From positions 1 to 50,276 of the forward strand of contig JAEWMV010000036.1 of NCBI GenBank assembly GCA_023393045.1: a DNA stretch of 50,276 nt. Reading direction: 5' to 3'. This DNA is from Bacillota bacterium (GTDB lineage: Bacteria > Bacillota > Clostridia > Christensenellales > CAG-138). This document shows, in pieces, positions 35,452 through 44,617 of this stretch. Within the stretch, counting starts at the first letter, position 1, and each line of letters opens with the position of its first letter. Position numbers and translations under genes: made by a program. The notes beneath the pieces are model-generated. The model ran no database searches, had not been told where the DNA came from, and worked only from the letters and a program-made list of their open reading frames with translations.

Positions 35452-36132
35452 CTAATCGGCTATATGCTTTTGCAGCAGTTCCTGTCCGGGCGCGTAGGAC
35501 GCGCGTACCTCGCGCAGCATGCTCTGATAAAACGCCTGCGCGGACGCCTGGCGCTCCCTGGCAATTTGCGCACCCCGCCTCGTATAGAAGCGGGCATAAA
35601 GCCCTTCCAGCTTATATTTGTATTCCTGAAAAAGGGATGGGACGGTATCCCCCGCGCCGTCGGACACCTCTCCGTCCGGCGTGAGAGAGTAGAGCGGCTG
35701 CGACGTCTGCCCTTTATAAAAGAGGGTGCGCGCAATGCCAAGCGTGCCCGTGGCGTCTATCTTATCCGCGTCAAACAATATCTTCGCCTCAATACTTTGC
35801 GGCGGCATATCGGTGGGGAAGCGGTGCGTCATCACGCATTCCTTCACGCGGTGCGCGTATTCTTTTGAAAAGCCGTGCGCGGTCAAAAACGCGTACGCTT
35901 TCTCGCCGCCGACGACGGCGTGGCATACCCGGGGATCCTCAAACTGCTCGCGGCGGCCAATGTCATGGAGCAGGCACGCGCAGATGAGCACGTCGTAATC
36001 CACGTCCTCCTCAAAGCCCGCGATATCCAGCGCAACATAGAGCACCCGGTAGATATGGTCCTTGTCGTGCGCGCTGTCGTCCATGCAGGAAAGCATGTGC
36101 GCCTCGAGCATCCTATAAGTCCGTGAATCCAA
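35452..36132 (-). CDS. HD-domain metal-dependent phosphohydrolase
   Basis: The HDKDH and LLHDIGR motifs are present. Confidence 0.8.
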   Translation of the reverse strand: MDSRTYRMLEAHMLSCMDDSAHDKDHIYRVLYVALDIAGFEEDVDYDVLICACLLHDIGRREQFEDPRVCHAVVGGEKAYAFLTAHGFSKEYAHRVKECVMTHRFPTDMPPQSIEAKILFDADKIDATGTLGIARTLFYKGQTSQPLYSLTPDGEVSDGAGDTVPSLFQEYKYKLEGLYARFYTRRGAQIARERQASAQAFYQSMLREVRASYAPGQELLQKHIAD

Positions 36133-36195
36133 CGTTGTTCTCCTCCATGCGTTCTTCGTTCGATGTTTGCGGCGCTCCCGCCCGATGTACGCCTT

Positions 36196-36723
36196 TTAGA
36201 GCGCGATCCAGTAACGTTCCAGATAAACGTTGTCCCGCTCGCAGTATACCGTGCTTTCGTACGCGCCGCCGTTTGCGCGTATGGTGCGGCGGCTGCCCTC
36301 ATTACCCTCAATGCAGGTGACAAGCACGCGCAAAAGGCCGTGCGCGCGGCAAACCTTGAGGCATTCGGCAAGCATGCGCTTGGCGTAGCCCTTCCTGCGC
36401 TCGTCCGGCCGGACGCAATAGCCGATATGGCCGCCATACTTTTCAAGGAATTCGTTGAAGCGATGGCGGAACTGGATCATGCCCACGATTTTTCCGTCCG
36501 CCTCGCGCATGAAAACGAACTGCTCCGAAGGCACCCAGTTTGGGGGAATCGTCTCCTCGCTCTCCCACAGCCGGTTGCTTTCCAGCCATTGGGCAACGCT
36601 TTCCATGCGCCGCAGCGGCCCGGTGCCGTCCATGGAGCTGCCGGCCTCCAGCATCGCATTGCGAAACAAACGGATTTCTTCTTCCATCGAGCTATCGGGT
36701 TTGATGAGCGTGCACGCGTCCAT
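36196..36723 (-). CDS. GNAT-family N-acetyltransferase
   Basis: 175 aa with the acetyl-CoA loop RRKGYAKRML. Confidence 0.8.
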   Translation of the reverse strand: MDACTLIKPDSSMEEEIRLFRNAMLEAGSSMDGTGPLRRMESVAQWLESNRLWESEETIPPNWVPSEQFVFMREADGKIVGMIQFRHRFNEFLEKYGGHIGYCVRPDERRKGYAKRMLAECLKVCRAHGLLRVLVTCIEGNEGSRRTIRANGGAYESTVYCERDNVYLERYWIAL

Positions 36724-36749
36724 GTTTCCTCCCGCCGCCTCTGCGCGGC

Positions 36750-37238
36750 TTAAATATGCTTCTCGTAAAATACGATGGTCATGCCGGGCTGTATGTCCTT
36801 TTCCTCGCCGGTGGCGACATAGTCCATCTTCTCATAGAGATGGCAAAGCTTCGCCTCCTGCTTGATGGTATCCAGTTCCCATAAGCGGGCGTCCGGGTAG
36901 AGGGCCTCCGCCGCGCGTATCGCCCGCTGGGCATACCCCTTGCCCTGGAATTGCGGCAGGATGAACATGGGGGATATCCTGCACGCGCCGTTTTGCAGCC
37001 GCACGACGCGCATCGCGCCGATGCTTCCGCCGTTTTCATCGCCCGGCCGTATCAGGTAATAGTCCGTGAAAGGCTGCGCCATCCTCTGCTCGATGCGCTC
37101 CAGCCCCTCCGCGCCCGGATTGGTGGCAAAGTCCCGGTATTTTTCAAGCAGAGACGCAAACGCCCTCACCTGCATTTCGTGTATCGCGCGGCAATCGGCG
37201 GCCGCCGCCTTTTTCAACCGGATACGCATCATGGGCAC
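36750..37238 (-). CDS. GNAT-family N-acetyltransferase
   Basis: 162 aa with the QGKGYAQRAI motif. Confidence 0.8.
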   Translation of the reverse strand: MPMMRIRLKKAAAADCRAIHEMQVRAFASLLEKYRDFATNPGAEGLERIEQRMAQPFTDYYLIRPGDENGGSIGAMRVVRLQNGACRISPMFILPQFQGKGYAQRAIRAAEALYPDARLWELDTIKQEAKLCHLYEKMDYVATGEEKDIQPGMTIVFYEKHI

Positions 37239-37265
37239 CTCCGCAAGCGTCGCTTTTATTATGGG

Positions 37266-37463
37266 CTATGCCTCCGCGCCGTCGAGGCGCAGGCCCATTT
37301 CTTTGAACTTTTCGCGTCCCTTTTGTGTGATCACATAGACGGTGGACTTGCCCTCGTCGAGCTCTATCCAGCCCTGCTCCACAAAAAACGCGAGCAGCTC
37401 AGAGCCCAGCTTGCCGCCCAGATGGTCGTAGCACTTTCTTCCGGTCGTCTCCCTGCGCTTCAT
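37266..37463 (-). CDS. 65-aa protein resembling the C-terminal CYDHLGG-type domain of some ArsR-family regulators
   Basis: The sequence begins RKCYDHLGGKLGSELLAFFVEQGWIEL. No N-terminal HTH is present. RBS AGAAGGG. Confidence 0.5.
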   Translation of the reverse strand: MKRRETTGRKCYDHLGGKLGSELLAFFVEQGWIELDEGKSTVYVITQKGREKFKEMGLRLDGAEA

Positions 37464-37517
37464 AGGCCCTTCTCACTTTCCGAAGGTTTAATTTATTTAA
37501 GATGCGGAGTATCCTGC

Positions 37518-38546
37518 CTATTTGCCCGCCATGCATGTCCGGATGCTTCTGTGGAGCGCCCAAACATCATCCCCGTAATTGCTCACCAGCGTAATCACTG
37601 CATTTTGGCTTGGCTCATAGGAGGAAATAAAGCTTACGCCGGGGTCGCAGCCCTGAAAATATGGATTGAAGTCGTCGTTTCCGTTCGGTTCCAGCCAGAT
37701 TCCATACCCATAATATCCCGATTCTTCATCGCCGCTGTGGCGGCGCAACATCCCGGCGGTCGTTTCGCCTGTGAGCAAGTTGTGTGACAACAGCGCGTCC
37801 CAGAATTTTGCGATGTCGCCCACCGTCGTAAACGCGCCGCCCGCGCCGGTGCCTTTCGCGTCCACGCTGTATATATTCGTGCGAAACCCGTTCCCATCTT
37901 CATCGAAAATATAGTTGCAGGCGCACTTCGCAGGGAGACGGTCCAGCTCGTAGTACCCCGTCGAATCCATGCCGCAGGGGTCAAAAATATTGCGCTGAAG
38001 GTAAGCGTCAAACGGCTGATCGGTTAAAGCTTCGATCATCATCGCCAGCACGACAAAGCCTGTATTGTTGTATTGAAACCTTGCGCCGCGCGGGTACATC
38101 ATGGGCTTGTGGAGGAACAGCGGCAGCAGATCCGCGTTTGTCCGTATCCTGTAATTGGGAAAATCCTTCCACAAATCCTCGTACTCGCTCATGACGCTTT
38201 CGTCAAAATAATCCGGAATGCCGGAGGTGTGCGTGAGCAATTGCTCCACGGTGATATCCGTATCAATCCCCTGCCAATCGCGGGGAAGAATATCGCCCAG
38301 CGTATCCCGAAGGCGCAGTTCGCCGCTTTCAATCAGCTGGAGTATCGCCACGGCCACAAAAACCTTGCCCGCGGAAGCGGTCGCAAATTTCGTTTCGGGC
38401 GTGTTGGGGATTTGGTTGGGAAAATCCGAGTAGCCGTATGCCTTTATAAACACAGGCCGGCTATCCCTTGAAATTTGCGCGCAGCCCCGGAAGCCCTCGT
38501 CGGACAGAATGCGCGCGATGCTCTTCTCTATCGTATCCGTATCCAT
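37518..38546 (-). CDS. Serine hydrolase, beta-lactamase / class-C PBP-like family
   Basis: 342 aa with the SxxK motif (TASAGKVF) and a YxN-type motif (YNNTG). Confidence 0.8.
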   Translation of the reverse strand: MDTDTIEKSIARILSDEGFRGCAQISRDSRPVFIKAYGYSDFPNQIPNTPETKFATASAGKVFVAVAILQLIESGELRLRDTLGDILPRDWQGIDTDITVEQLLTHTSGIPDYFDESVMSEYEDLWKDFPNYRIRTNADLLPLFLHKPMMYPRGARFQYNNTGFVVLAMMIEALTDQPFDAYLQRNIFDPCGMDSTGYYELDRLPAKCACNYIFDEDGNGFRTNIYSVDAKGTGAGGAFTTVGDIAKFWDALLSHNLLTGETTAGMLRRHSGDEESGYYGYGIWLEPNGNDDFNPYFQGCDPGVSFISSYEPSQNAVITLVSNYGDDVWALHRSIRTCMAGK

Positions 38547-38561
38547 TGTAATTGCCCGGCT

Positions 38562-39125
38562 CTATCTCACGAATATGATCTTGTCGCGGTCCGGCACATG
38601 GGGCGCCCTCGTGGTGTTGGCGTACCCCAGCAGCACCGAGCAGCCGAACGCATACCCCTCGGGGAAACCCAGCCGTCTGCTGAACTCCTCCGCGCGAAGG
38701 CCGCTTGCAAACGCCATGCCCGCAAACCCGCACATGAGGTTGGCTAACCCAAGCGACGTTGCGGCGAGCGCGATATTCTCGCAGAGTATGCCGCAGTCGA
38801 CGAGCGCGGGCCCGTACTGCGCCGGATCGATGGGCACGACGATCATGCACGGCGCGCCGTAGAACAGCCTTCCGCCGCGCTCCATAATCCTGTTGTAGCC
38901 GGATTTATCCTCCATGCCTGCAAGGTAGGACATGCCCTCGGCCTCCATGTCCGCTATCAGTTGCCTGTTTGTGACGACAATCACCCGCCACGCCTGACGG
39001 TTCATGCCGCTTGGCGCCTGTATCGCGGCGTCGGCAATCGCCCGCAGCGTTTCCTCCGGCGGCATTTCATCCTTAAAATCGCGGCAGGAGTAGCGCTCCG
39101 CGATTACTTTCAGCGTTTCGTTCAT
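38562..39125 (-). CDS. Nitroreductase-family protein
   Basis: 187 aa. RYSCRDF lies near the N-terminus and the PSGMNRQAW block is present. Confidence 0.85.
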   Translation of the reverse strand: MNETLKVIAERYSCRDFKDEMPPEETLRAIADAAIQAPSGMNRQAWRVIVVTNRQLIADMEAEGMSYLAGMEDKSGYNRIMERGGRLFYGAPCMIVVPIDPAQYGPALVDCGILCENIALAATSLGLANLMCGFAGMAFASGLRAEEFSRRLGFPEGYAFGCSVLLGYANTTRAPHVPDRDKIIFVR

Positions 39126-39222
39126 TCTTAATACGCTCCTTTGTTTATCTCATTTTGCCCTGCCCAGAACAACACTTCCCGTTTGCCCGCAAGAAGCTTC
39201 GGGTCTTACATATATCATACCA

Positions 39223-39933
39223 CTACTTCCCGAAGCAAAAAACATCGGGAATGTGTTCTTCCCCAAACGTTTTGCAGCCCATCCGGTAGAGCGCCTTGGC
39301 GTGAATCCTGTCGTGCCAGACAAACCTGCGCAAGACTTTTCGAAGCGTCCACTGCTCCCCATAGCTGCCGTCGAATACCCGGTTGTCAAGGAAATCGTGC
39401 GTACGCTCAAGCGAGGCGAAGCCGCGTGCCCTGCACGCGTCGATGGCGCCTTCGCAGTCAGCGTCGACGCCGATTTCACCAAAGTAATAGGCGTTTACGC
39501 CCCTGGTATGCGCGTACATCTGCCGCGCGTTCGTCGGGACCTCGCCGTAGAAGGTTTTGCGCGGAAGCAACGCGCTTTCTTCCTTGCTCGGGAACGCCTG
39601 ATACAGCCGCTCGAAATCACTTGCCGATCTGAGCGCGAGCGCTTTTAATTCCCCGTATTCCTCCACGCTCAGCGGGAGTTTTTCGCTCTCGAAGAGAACG
39701 TCGCTGTCGGCGTCGGCAATCTGCAGGTTCGACGCCCTCTCCTGAACGATCTGCGTTTCTATCGGAACGCGGATATCCTCCCCGGTTTTCCACGCGAGAT
39801 AGGCGGGAGTTTCCTTTTGGAATTTGGCAAGAGCCTCTTCCTTGCGCGCGCCGCGGGTAAAGGCGCCCACAAAATTGTCCGCGTAAATCAGCGAATCGTT
39901 TCCGTTGTGCTCCCACACGCATTTAATCAGCAT
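39223..39933 (-). CDS. Hypothetical protein with a HicB/UPF0150-like N-terminus and a DinB-like helical C-terminus
   Basis: The N-terminus LIKCVWEHNGNDSLIYADNFVGAFTRGARKEEALAKFQKE fits the HicB-fold pattern. The C-terminus RRFVWHDRIHAKAL resembles DinB-type His motifs. RBS GAGGGAG. Confidence 0.5.
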   Translation of the reverse strand: MLIKCVWEHNGNDSLIYADNFVGAFTRGARKEEALAKFQKETPAYLAWKTGEDIRVPIETQIVQERASNLQIADADSDVLFESEKLPLSVEEYGELKALALRSASDFERLYQAFPSKEESALLPRKTFYGEVPTNARQMYAHTRGVNAYYFGEIGVDADCEGAIDACRARGFASLERTHDFLDNRVFDGSYGEQWTLRKVLRRFVWHDRIHAKALYRMGCKTFGEEHIPDVFCFGK

Positions 39934-40115
39934 TAATACTCCCTCGCAGAAAGCTTATTTAGCCTCAGTTTAGCACGGCGCTCCCCTTCCTTCAAGCGCG
40001 GCGGGGGAAGGGGAAACGCCTTATATATCAACAATTCCCCTCGATTTAACATGACGCGATCCTTCGCGGCCTGCTATAATAACAGTGTCAATATGCGATT
40101 GGGAGGTGCATGCCG

Positions 40116-41108
40116 ATGGAACCAAAAGCGCTTGAAAGGTTGGAGTTGTTTGCAGAAAACGCGCTGGCGGTGAAACAGGAATTCAAATGGCAGGACGCAA
40201 TGCTCAAACGCCTGGCCGCGCTGCTTTACGCCGCCGAGGACAGGACGGCGAACCTTGCCGCCATGCGGGGGTGCCACGAGCTCGTCAAAAGGAGCGCGGG
40301 CTGGTTTTCATCCTTCCGGGGCCATTCTTCCATGACCGTCGCCGCCATGCTTTCATTGAGCGAAGATCCGGCGGCGTTGTTAAAGAGCGCGCTCATGGTC
40401 TACGACATGCTCAAGCAGGCGCATTTTCACGCCTCGGACTATCTCGTCATCGCCGCCGTTGAAATCGCGGCCAGCGCCGGGGAAGACCGGCATGCCGAAG
40501 CGGTAGAGCGGGCGAGGGCGTTCTACGACGGCATGCGGGGCGACCACTGGTTTTTGACCGGGCAGGACGACTATATCTTTTCGGCCATGCTGGGACTTTC
40601 CGATATCGAGGTGGCCTCCGGCGCGGAGAGGATGGAGAGGCTGTTTCAGGCGCTGCGGCCGGAGTTCCATACAGGCATCGGCGTGCAGTCGCTCGCGCAG
40701 GTGTTGGTGCTCGGCGAGGGCGGCGCGGATGTTCACACGCGCGTACTCGCGCTGCGCGACGCCCTGCACCGCCGCAAAATGAAGCCGCTCTGCCAGGCGT
40801 ACACGCTTTCCTCCCTCGGCGTGCTGGCGCTGCTTCCGCAAAACACCGACGAAATCGTCGATCAACTCGAGGAAACCGCCGTGCTGCTGCGTACAAAAAA
40901 AGGCTTCGGCCCATTTTCCGTCGCAAGGCAGGAACTGCTGCTCCTATCCGCCGCGCTCGTCTCCCTCAATTCGGTAGATGAAATCAAGCGGGGCGCGCTC
41001 AACACTTCGCTTTCCACCAGCATCACCAACATCATCATCGCGCAGCAAGCGGCCCTTGCCGCCGCGGCAGCGGCTTCCGCTGCCGCCGCTTCGTCCGCCT
41101 CGTCCTGA
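40116..41108 (+). CDS. Hypothetical protein (DUF4003-like by recollection) with an Ala/Ser-rich C-terminal tail
   Basis: 330 aa. The start at ATG 40116 lies 9 nt after GGAGG. The tail is QQAALAAAAAASAAAASSASS. Confidence 0.55.
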   Translation: MEPKALERLELFAENALAVKQEFKWQDAMLKRLAALLYAAEDRTANLAAMRGCHELVKRSAGWFSSFRGHSSMTVAAMLSLSEDPAALLKSALMVYDMLKQAHFHASDYLVIAAVEIAASAGEDRHAEAVERARAFYDGMRGDHWFLTGQDDYIFSAMLGLSDIEVASGAERMERLFQALRPEFHTGIGVQSLAQVLVLGEGGADVHTRVLALRDALHRRKMKPLCQAYTLSSLGVLALLPQNTDEIVDQLEETAVLLRTKKGFGPFSVARQELLLLSAALVSLNSVDEIKRGALNTSLSTSITNIIIAQQAALAAAAAASAAAASSASS

Positions 41109-41113
41109 TCGGG
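41085..41113 (+). repeat. Direct repeat R1 (GCCGCTTCGTCCGCCTCGTCCTGATCGGG)
   Basis: 27 of 29 positions are identical to R2 at 42906-42934. R1 contains the stop codon of the upstream gene. Confidence 0.85.
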
Positions 41114-41172
41114 TGATGCGGCATAGCGCCGCCACCGGCGCAGGGCCGCGCGGGAGAAAAATCATCGAATAT

Positions 41173-41200
41173 AAGCAAGCACCCTTAAGGGTGCTTGCTT
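41173..41200 (+). terminator. Perfect 28-bp palindrome / hairpin
   Basis: AAGCAAGCACCC-TTAA-GGGTGCTTGCTT is followed by ATTGTC, so the U-tract is poor. Confidence 0.5.
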
Positions 41201-41380
41201 ATTGTCATGCCGCCCTCTTTTCCGGATTCATCGGATGCTTGTACAATCGGTGTAAAATGTAATTGCTCTGCTCAAAACGCTCATCTTATGCGCGATTTCA
41301 CACGATTTAAATCAAAGAAAACAGTTGCGCGCCGACATGGCTCGGTCAGGATAAAGCAATGGAGGACGAAGGAGGGTTCC

Positions 41381-42868
41381 GTGCCACAAAATTCAACGGT
41401 AAGTTACGATATCCAAAGGGTGAACAGGTTTTGTTGCACATTGATGCTGATCATGTCGGCCGTCTCGACGGCGCAGGGGTTTTTCATGAAAGGCGTCTCC
41501 TATGGCCTGATTACGATGGCCTTTACCGGCATCGCCACAGCGATATCATGGATTGTGTTTTTTGCGCATAAGCATTCCAAGCTGCCCACAACGATTGCCG
41601 CCGTCATCATATCCTTTGCGCCCGCGGCCATGGCGCTCATACTTTCGGCGCAGGAGCAGGGCGCGATTTCCGCAAAAATATATATGATCCTCCTGTACTC
41701 CGTGTGCGCGTCGGGCCTGTATTTCAGCAAGCAAATTGTCATTTACAACGCGGCGCTCATCAATATTGCCCTCGTCGCCATCCTCCTCATCAACCCTTCT
41801 ATGCTCTTTGGCGCGGAGTACAGTTTCAGAGAAGCCGCCACCAGGACGGTTTATATGAACTGCGTCGTCATCGTCATATTCTTTTTGACCAAATGGGGTT
41901 CGGAATATCTCGGCGCGTCGGTGAATAGCCTGCAAAGGCTCAGTGTCGCCATGGAAAAGATCGGGGAGACGGTGAAGGTGCTCGACACCGGGCTGACCAG
42001 GTCGGACACCGAGCTTAGCAGCATCGCCTCAAGCAGCGAATACATCACCGGCGCGATCAATGAAATTTCAACCGGCATCCAGGAGGAGGTCGGCAGCATT
42101 TACAAGATCGCCGGCCACGTCAGCGCGGCAAACGACGCGACAAGGGATCTGCACGCGTTATCGCAGAGCATCAAGCAGACCTCGGACGGCATTACCGGCA
42201 TTGCGCGCAAAAACGCGGACAATATGGATGTGCTCAGCACGCAGATCTTTACCATTAAGCAGGCGGTCGACGAAGCGCTCGCCATGGTCAACGAGCTGGA
42301 CCGGGCCATGGATAACATCAGGAGCACGGTCGACTCGATCACCGAAATCGCCAATCAGACCAATCTGCTCGCGCTCAACGCAGCCATAGAGGCCGCCAGG
42401 GCGGGAGGGGCGGGCAAGGGTTTTGCCATCGTGGCCGGGGAAGTCAAGCGGCTTGCCGAGCAAAGCGGAAATATGGCAAAGGAAATCGGCGATACGATTT
42501 CACTTGCCAGGCAGAAAAGCAAGGCCGCCCTGCTCAAAGTGCAGGAGGGAAGCGCCGCCGTCGAGTCGGGCAACCGCCTTGTGGAGGGGGTGCACGCCGA
42601 CTATCAACGCATCAACGACGCGTTTGGCGCGATAGACGAGGACATCACCCGTGAAAACAACATGATCCGGAAAATTACCGGGCTCTATGAGGACATCCGG
42701 AAAAACACCGACAATGCGGCCGCCATCGTCAAGCAGCACGCCGCTACGGCCGAGGAGATTGCCTCCACCACCGAAACGCAAAACGGCAACATCATCGAAA
42801 TATCCAAAATCGCCAAAGACATCGGCTTGACGGGCAAAGAGCTTTCCGCCGTATTCAATCTGGACTGA
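41381..42868 (+). CDS. Methyl-accepting chemotaxis protein with a polytopic membrane N-terminus
   Basis: The signalling hairpin is [38 protein letters not shown]. The N-terminal region has several TM helices. The start at GTG 41381 lies 5 nt after AGGAGGG; the track start at 41195 is unlikely. Confidence 0.85.
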   Translation: MPQNSTVSYDIQRVNRFCCTLMLIMSAVSTAQGFFMKGVSYGLITMAFTGIATAISWIVFFAHKHSKLPTTIAAVIISFAPAAMALILSAQEQGAISAKIYMILLYSVCASGLYFSKQIVIYNAALINIALVAILLINPSMLFGAEYSFREAATRTVYMNCVVIVIFFLTKWGSEYLGASVNSLQRLSVAMEKIGETVKVLDTGLTRSDTELSSIASSSEYITGAINEISTGIQEEVGSIYKIAGHVSAANDATRDLHALSQSIKQTSDGITGIARKNADNMDVLSTQIFTIKQAVDEALAMVNELDRAMDNIRSTVDSITEIANQTNLLALNAAIEAARAGGAGKGFAIVAGEVKRLAEQSGNMAKEIGDTISLARQKSKAALLKVQEGSAAVESGNRLVEGVHADYQRINDAFGAIDEDITRENNMIRKITGLYEDIRKNTDNAAAIVKQHAATAEEIASTTETQNGNIIEISKIAKDIGLTGKELSAVFNLD

Positions 42869-42905
42869 GCGCTTCGGGCGCGTTACCGCGCTTTTCGATG
42901 CGCAC

Positions 42906-42934
42906 GCCGCTTCGTCCTCCTCGTCCCGATCGGG
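42906..42934 (+). repeat. Direct repeat R2 (GCCGCTTCGTCCTCCTCGTCCCGATCGGG)
   Basis: See R1. It lies 38 nt after the MCP stop. Confidence 0.85.
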
Positions 42935-42982
42935 CTATATGGAACCATCAAGGGCAATGTGTCAATCGCATTGTACGCAGTC

Positions 42983-43357
42983 TCATTTTTTACACAGGCA
43001 GAAGGGGTGCCCCTCGGTGTCGAGCATCGTCACAAAATGGCCACCGCCAAACTGTGCGGCGGCTTTGGTCGCACCGAGGCGGATTGCCTCCTCCACGGCC
43101 GCGAATAAATCGTCCACCTGAAAGTCGAAATGCATTTGCTTCTGCTGCCTGCCGTACTCTTCCGGCCAAACGGGCGGATGATACGGGATATCATCCGGTT
43201 CTTCAAACAAGAGTATCATGCCGTTATAAGCCCGAAGCGCCAGGCAGTCATAGGCGATGATCCTTTCCCATCCGGTGAGCGCGGCGTAAAACTCGCGGGC
43301 GCGCTGAGTGTCCGCGCAGTCGATGGCCAGATTACCGATGATGATATTTTGAATCAT
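42983..43357 (-). CDS. VOC / glyoxalase-bleomycin-resistance family protein
   Basis: 124 aa. The N-terminal strand-helix is IIIGNLAIDCADTQRAREFY and the C-terminus is HFVTMLDTEGHPFCL. Confidence 0.75.
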   Translation of the reverse strand: MIQNIIIGNLAIDCADTQRAREFYAALTGWERIIAYDCLALRAYNGMILLFEEPDDIPYHPPVWPEEYGRQQKQMHFDFQVDDLFAAVEEAIRLGATKAAAQFGGGHFVTMLDTEGHPFCLCKK

Positions 43358-43410
43358 ACCGAATCCCCCATTCCCTTAATTTAAATCGCGTGGGCTGTAA
43401 GTTAAGTTTT

Positions 43411-43962
43411 TCAGTTTGCGTTCTTCCTTTCGGGAACATATTCGCTTTTAAGAATTCTCATCATAACAAAATCACTGAACTCATTGTTATGGAAATATCC
43501 CTGTTCCTGAATACCTTCCCGTTTGAAGCCTGCTTTCTCATAAAAATTGAGCGCGTTCGTGTTGAATCCGACCACTCCAATAGAAATTCGGTTGAAGTTC
43601 AATTGATTAAAAGCGAGGTCAAACATCAGTTTGATTGCTTCCGTCCCATACCCTCTTCCTTGATCTTCCGGGTTGGGAATGATGATAGTAAGGTCGGTGC
43701 AGCGCCATTCCGGAAACATACGGAGCAACCCGGTTTCCCCAATAACCCTTTTGGTTTTATCCGTAATTGTATACCAATCCCTATCTTTGCTCTCATTGCA
43801 TCTGCGAATGGCGGCAAGTTCTTTCTCCAATGTGGTATTTTCAGTAAAACCGCATTTGGCCATGACATCCGGTTCATTAAACCAACGCGCAAAGAATGCC
43901 GCATCGCTATCAGCAGGTCTTCGTAAAATAACTTTTTCTCCGATAATCTGTTTTTCCATCAA
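43411..43962 (-). CDS. GNAT-family N-acetyltransferase (RimJ/RimL-like), low-GC
   Basis: 183 aa with the QGRGYGTEAIKL motif. It is visibly AT-richer than its neighbours; the line at 43501 has 27 of 60 G+C. Confidence 0.8.
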   Translation of the reverse strand: MMEKQIIGEKVILRRPADSDAAFFARWFNEPDVMAKCGFTENTTLEKELAAIRRCNESKDRDWYTITDKTKRVIGETGLLRMFPEWRCTDLTIIIPNPEDQGRGYGTEAIKLMFDLAFNQLNFNRISIGVVGFNTNALNFYEKAGFKREGIQEQGYFHNNEFSDFVMMRILKSEYVPERKNAN

Positions 43963-44059
43963 TTTCTCCCTGGCGAATTCTTGTTTGCCCTCTAATGCAA
44001 CAGCACCGAATCAATCATACCATGCTTTTGTGCATAGAAAAAGACATGTGCGGCCGGCG

Positions 44060-44617
44060 TCACTTGCCAAAGGAGAATATCGCCGACGAAAACGCCGCCA
44101 GCAGCGCCACGACCCCCACCCCCGCCAGCACCGGCAGGGCAAAGGGCGCATCGCCGGAAAGACCGGCCAGCAGCAATCCCTGCGGCGTAAAGAGCGCAAG
44201 CCGCGCGAGCTGCGGGGAAACGGAGGCCAGATCCATGAAGCACCCGCCGACCAAGCCACTCAGCAGCGCCGCGAAGGGGGAAAGCACATCCGCCCGGCCC
44301 GCCGCGCGCCCGTGGCGCCCGACGAGCATGCACAGCCCCGTCAAATTGAACACATAGGCGGTGAAGAGCGCAATCTCTTCGGCCCTCGCGCCGCCCCGGG
44401 GCGCGAGCACCGCCAGCGCCATCATACACCCCGCAAAAAACAGGCCCGCCACATCGCTCAGGGCGCTTTTGAAACTCCCTGCGGGCAGCGTGCGCATCCG
44501 CATTGCCGTAAGGCGCGCCTCCCGCTTGCCGTAAAAGGAGGAAAGGGTGAGCATGCACAGCATGATGCAAAGCGCGCCGAAGCCCTGATAGCGGACGGTG
44601 AACGCGCCGTAAACCAT
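44060..44617 (-). CDS. Polytopic membrane protein (ABC-2-permease-like?), lacking any upstream promoter or SD space
   Basis: 185 aa with 5-6 hydrophobic helices. Its ATG shares the tetranucleotide CATG with the ATG of the opposing ORF at 44616. Confidence 0.45.
   Translation of the reverse strand: MVYGAFTVRYQGFGALCIMLCMLTLSSFYGKREARLTAMRMRTLPAGSFKSALSDVAGLFFAGCMMALAVLAPRGGARAEEIALFTAYVFNLTGLCMLVGRHGRAAGRADVLSPFAALLSGLVGGCFMDLASVSPQLARLALFTPQGLLLAGLSGDAPFALPVLAGVGVVALLAAFSSAIFSFGK

Noticed and set aside
36750-37463. Possible GNAT-toxin / small-antitoxin (TacT/AtaT-like) pair
   Set aside because: The upstream 65-aa protein shows no RHH/DUF1778-like features, and the GNAT looks like an ordinary acetyltransferase. 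The size and order resemblance alone is insufficient.
42898-43260. 120-aa plus-strand ORF
   Set aside because: It starts inside direct repeat R2 and runs antisense to the well-supported VOC gene, so it is spurious.
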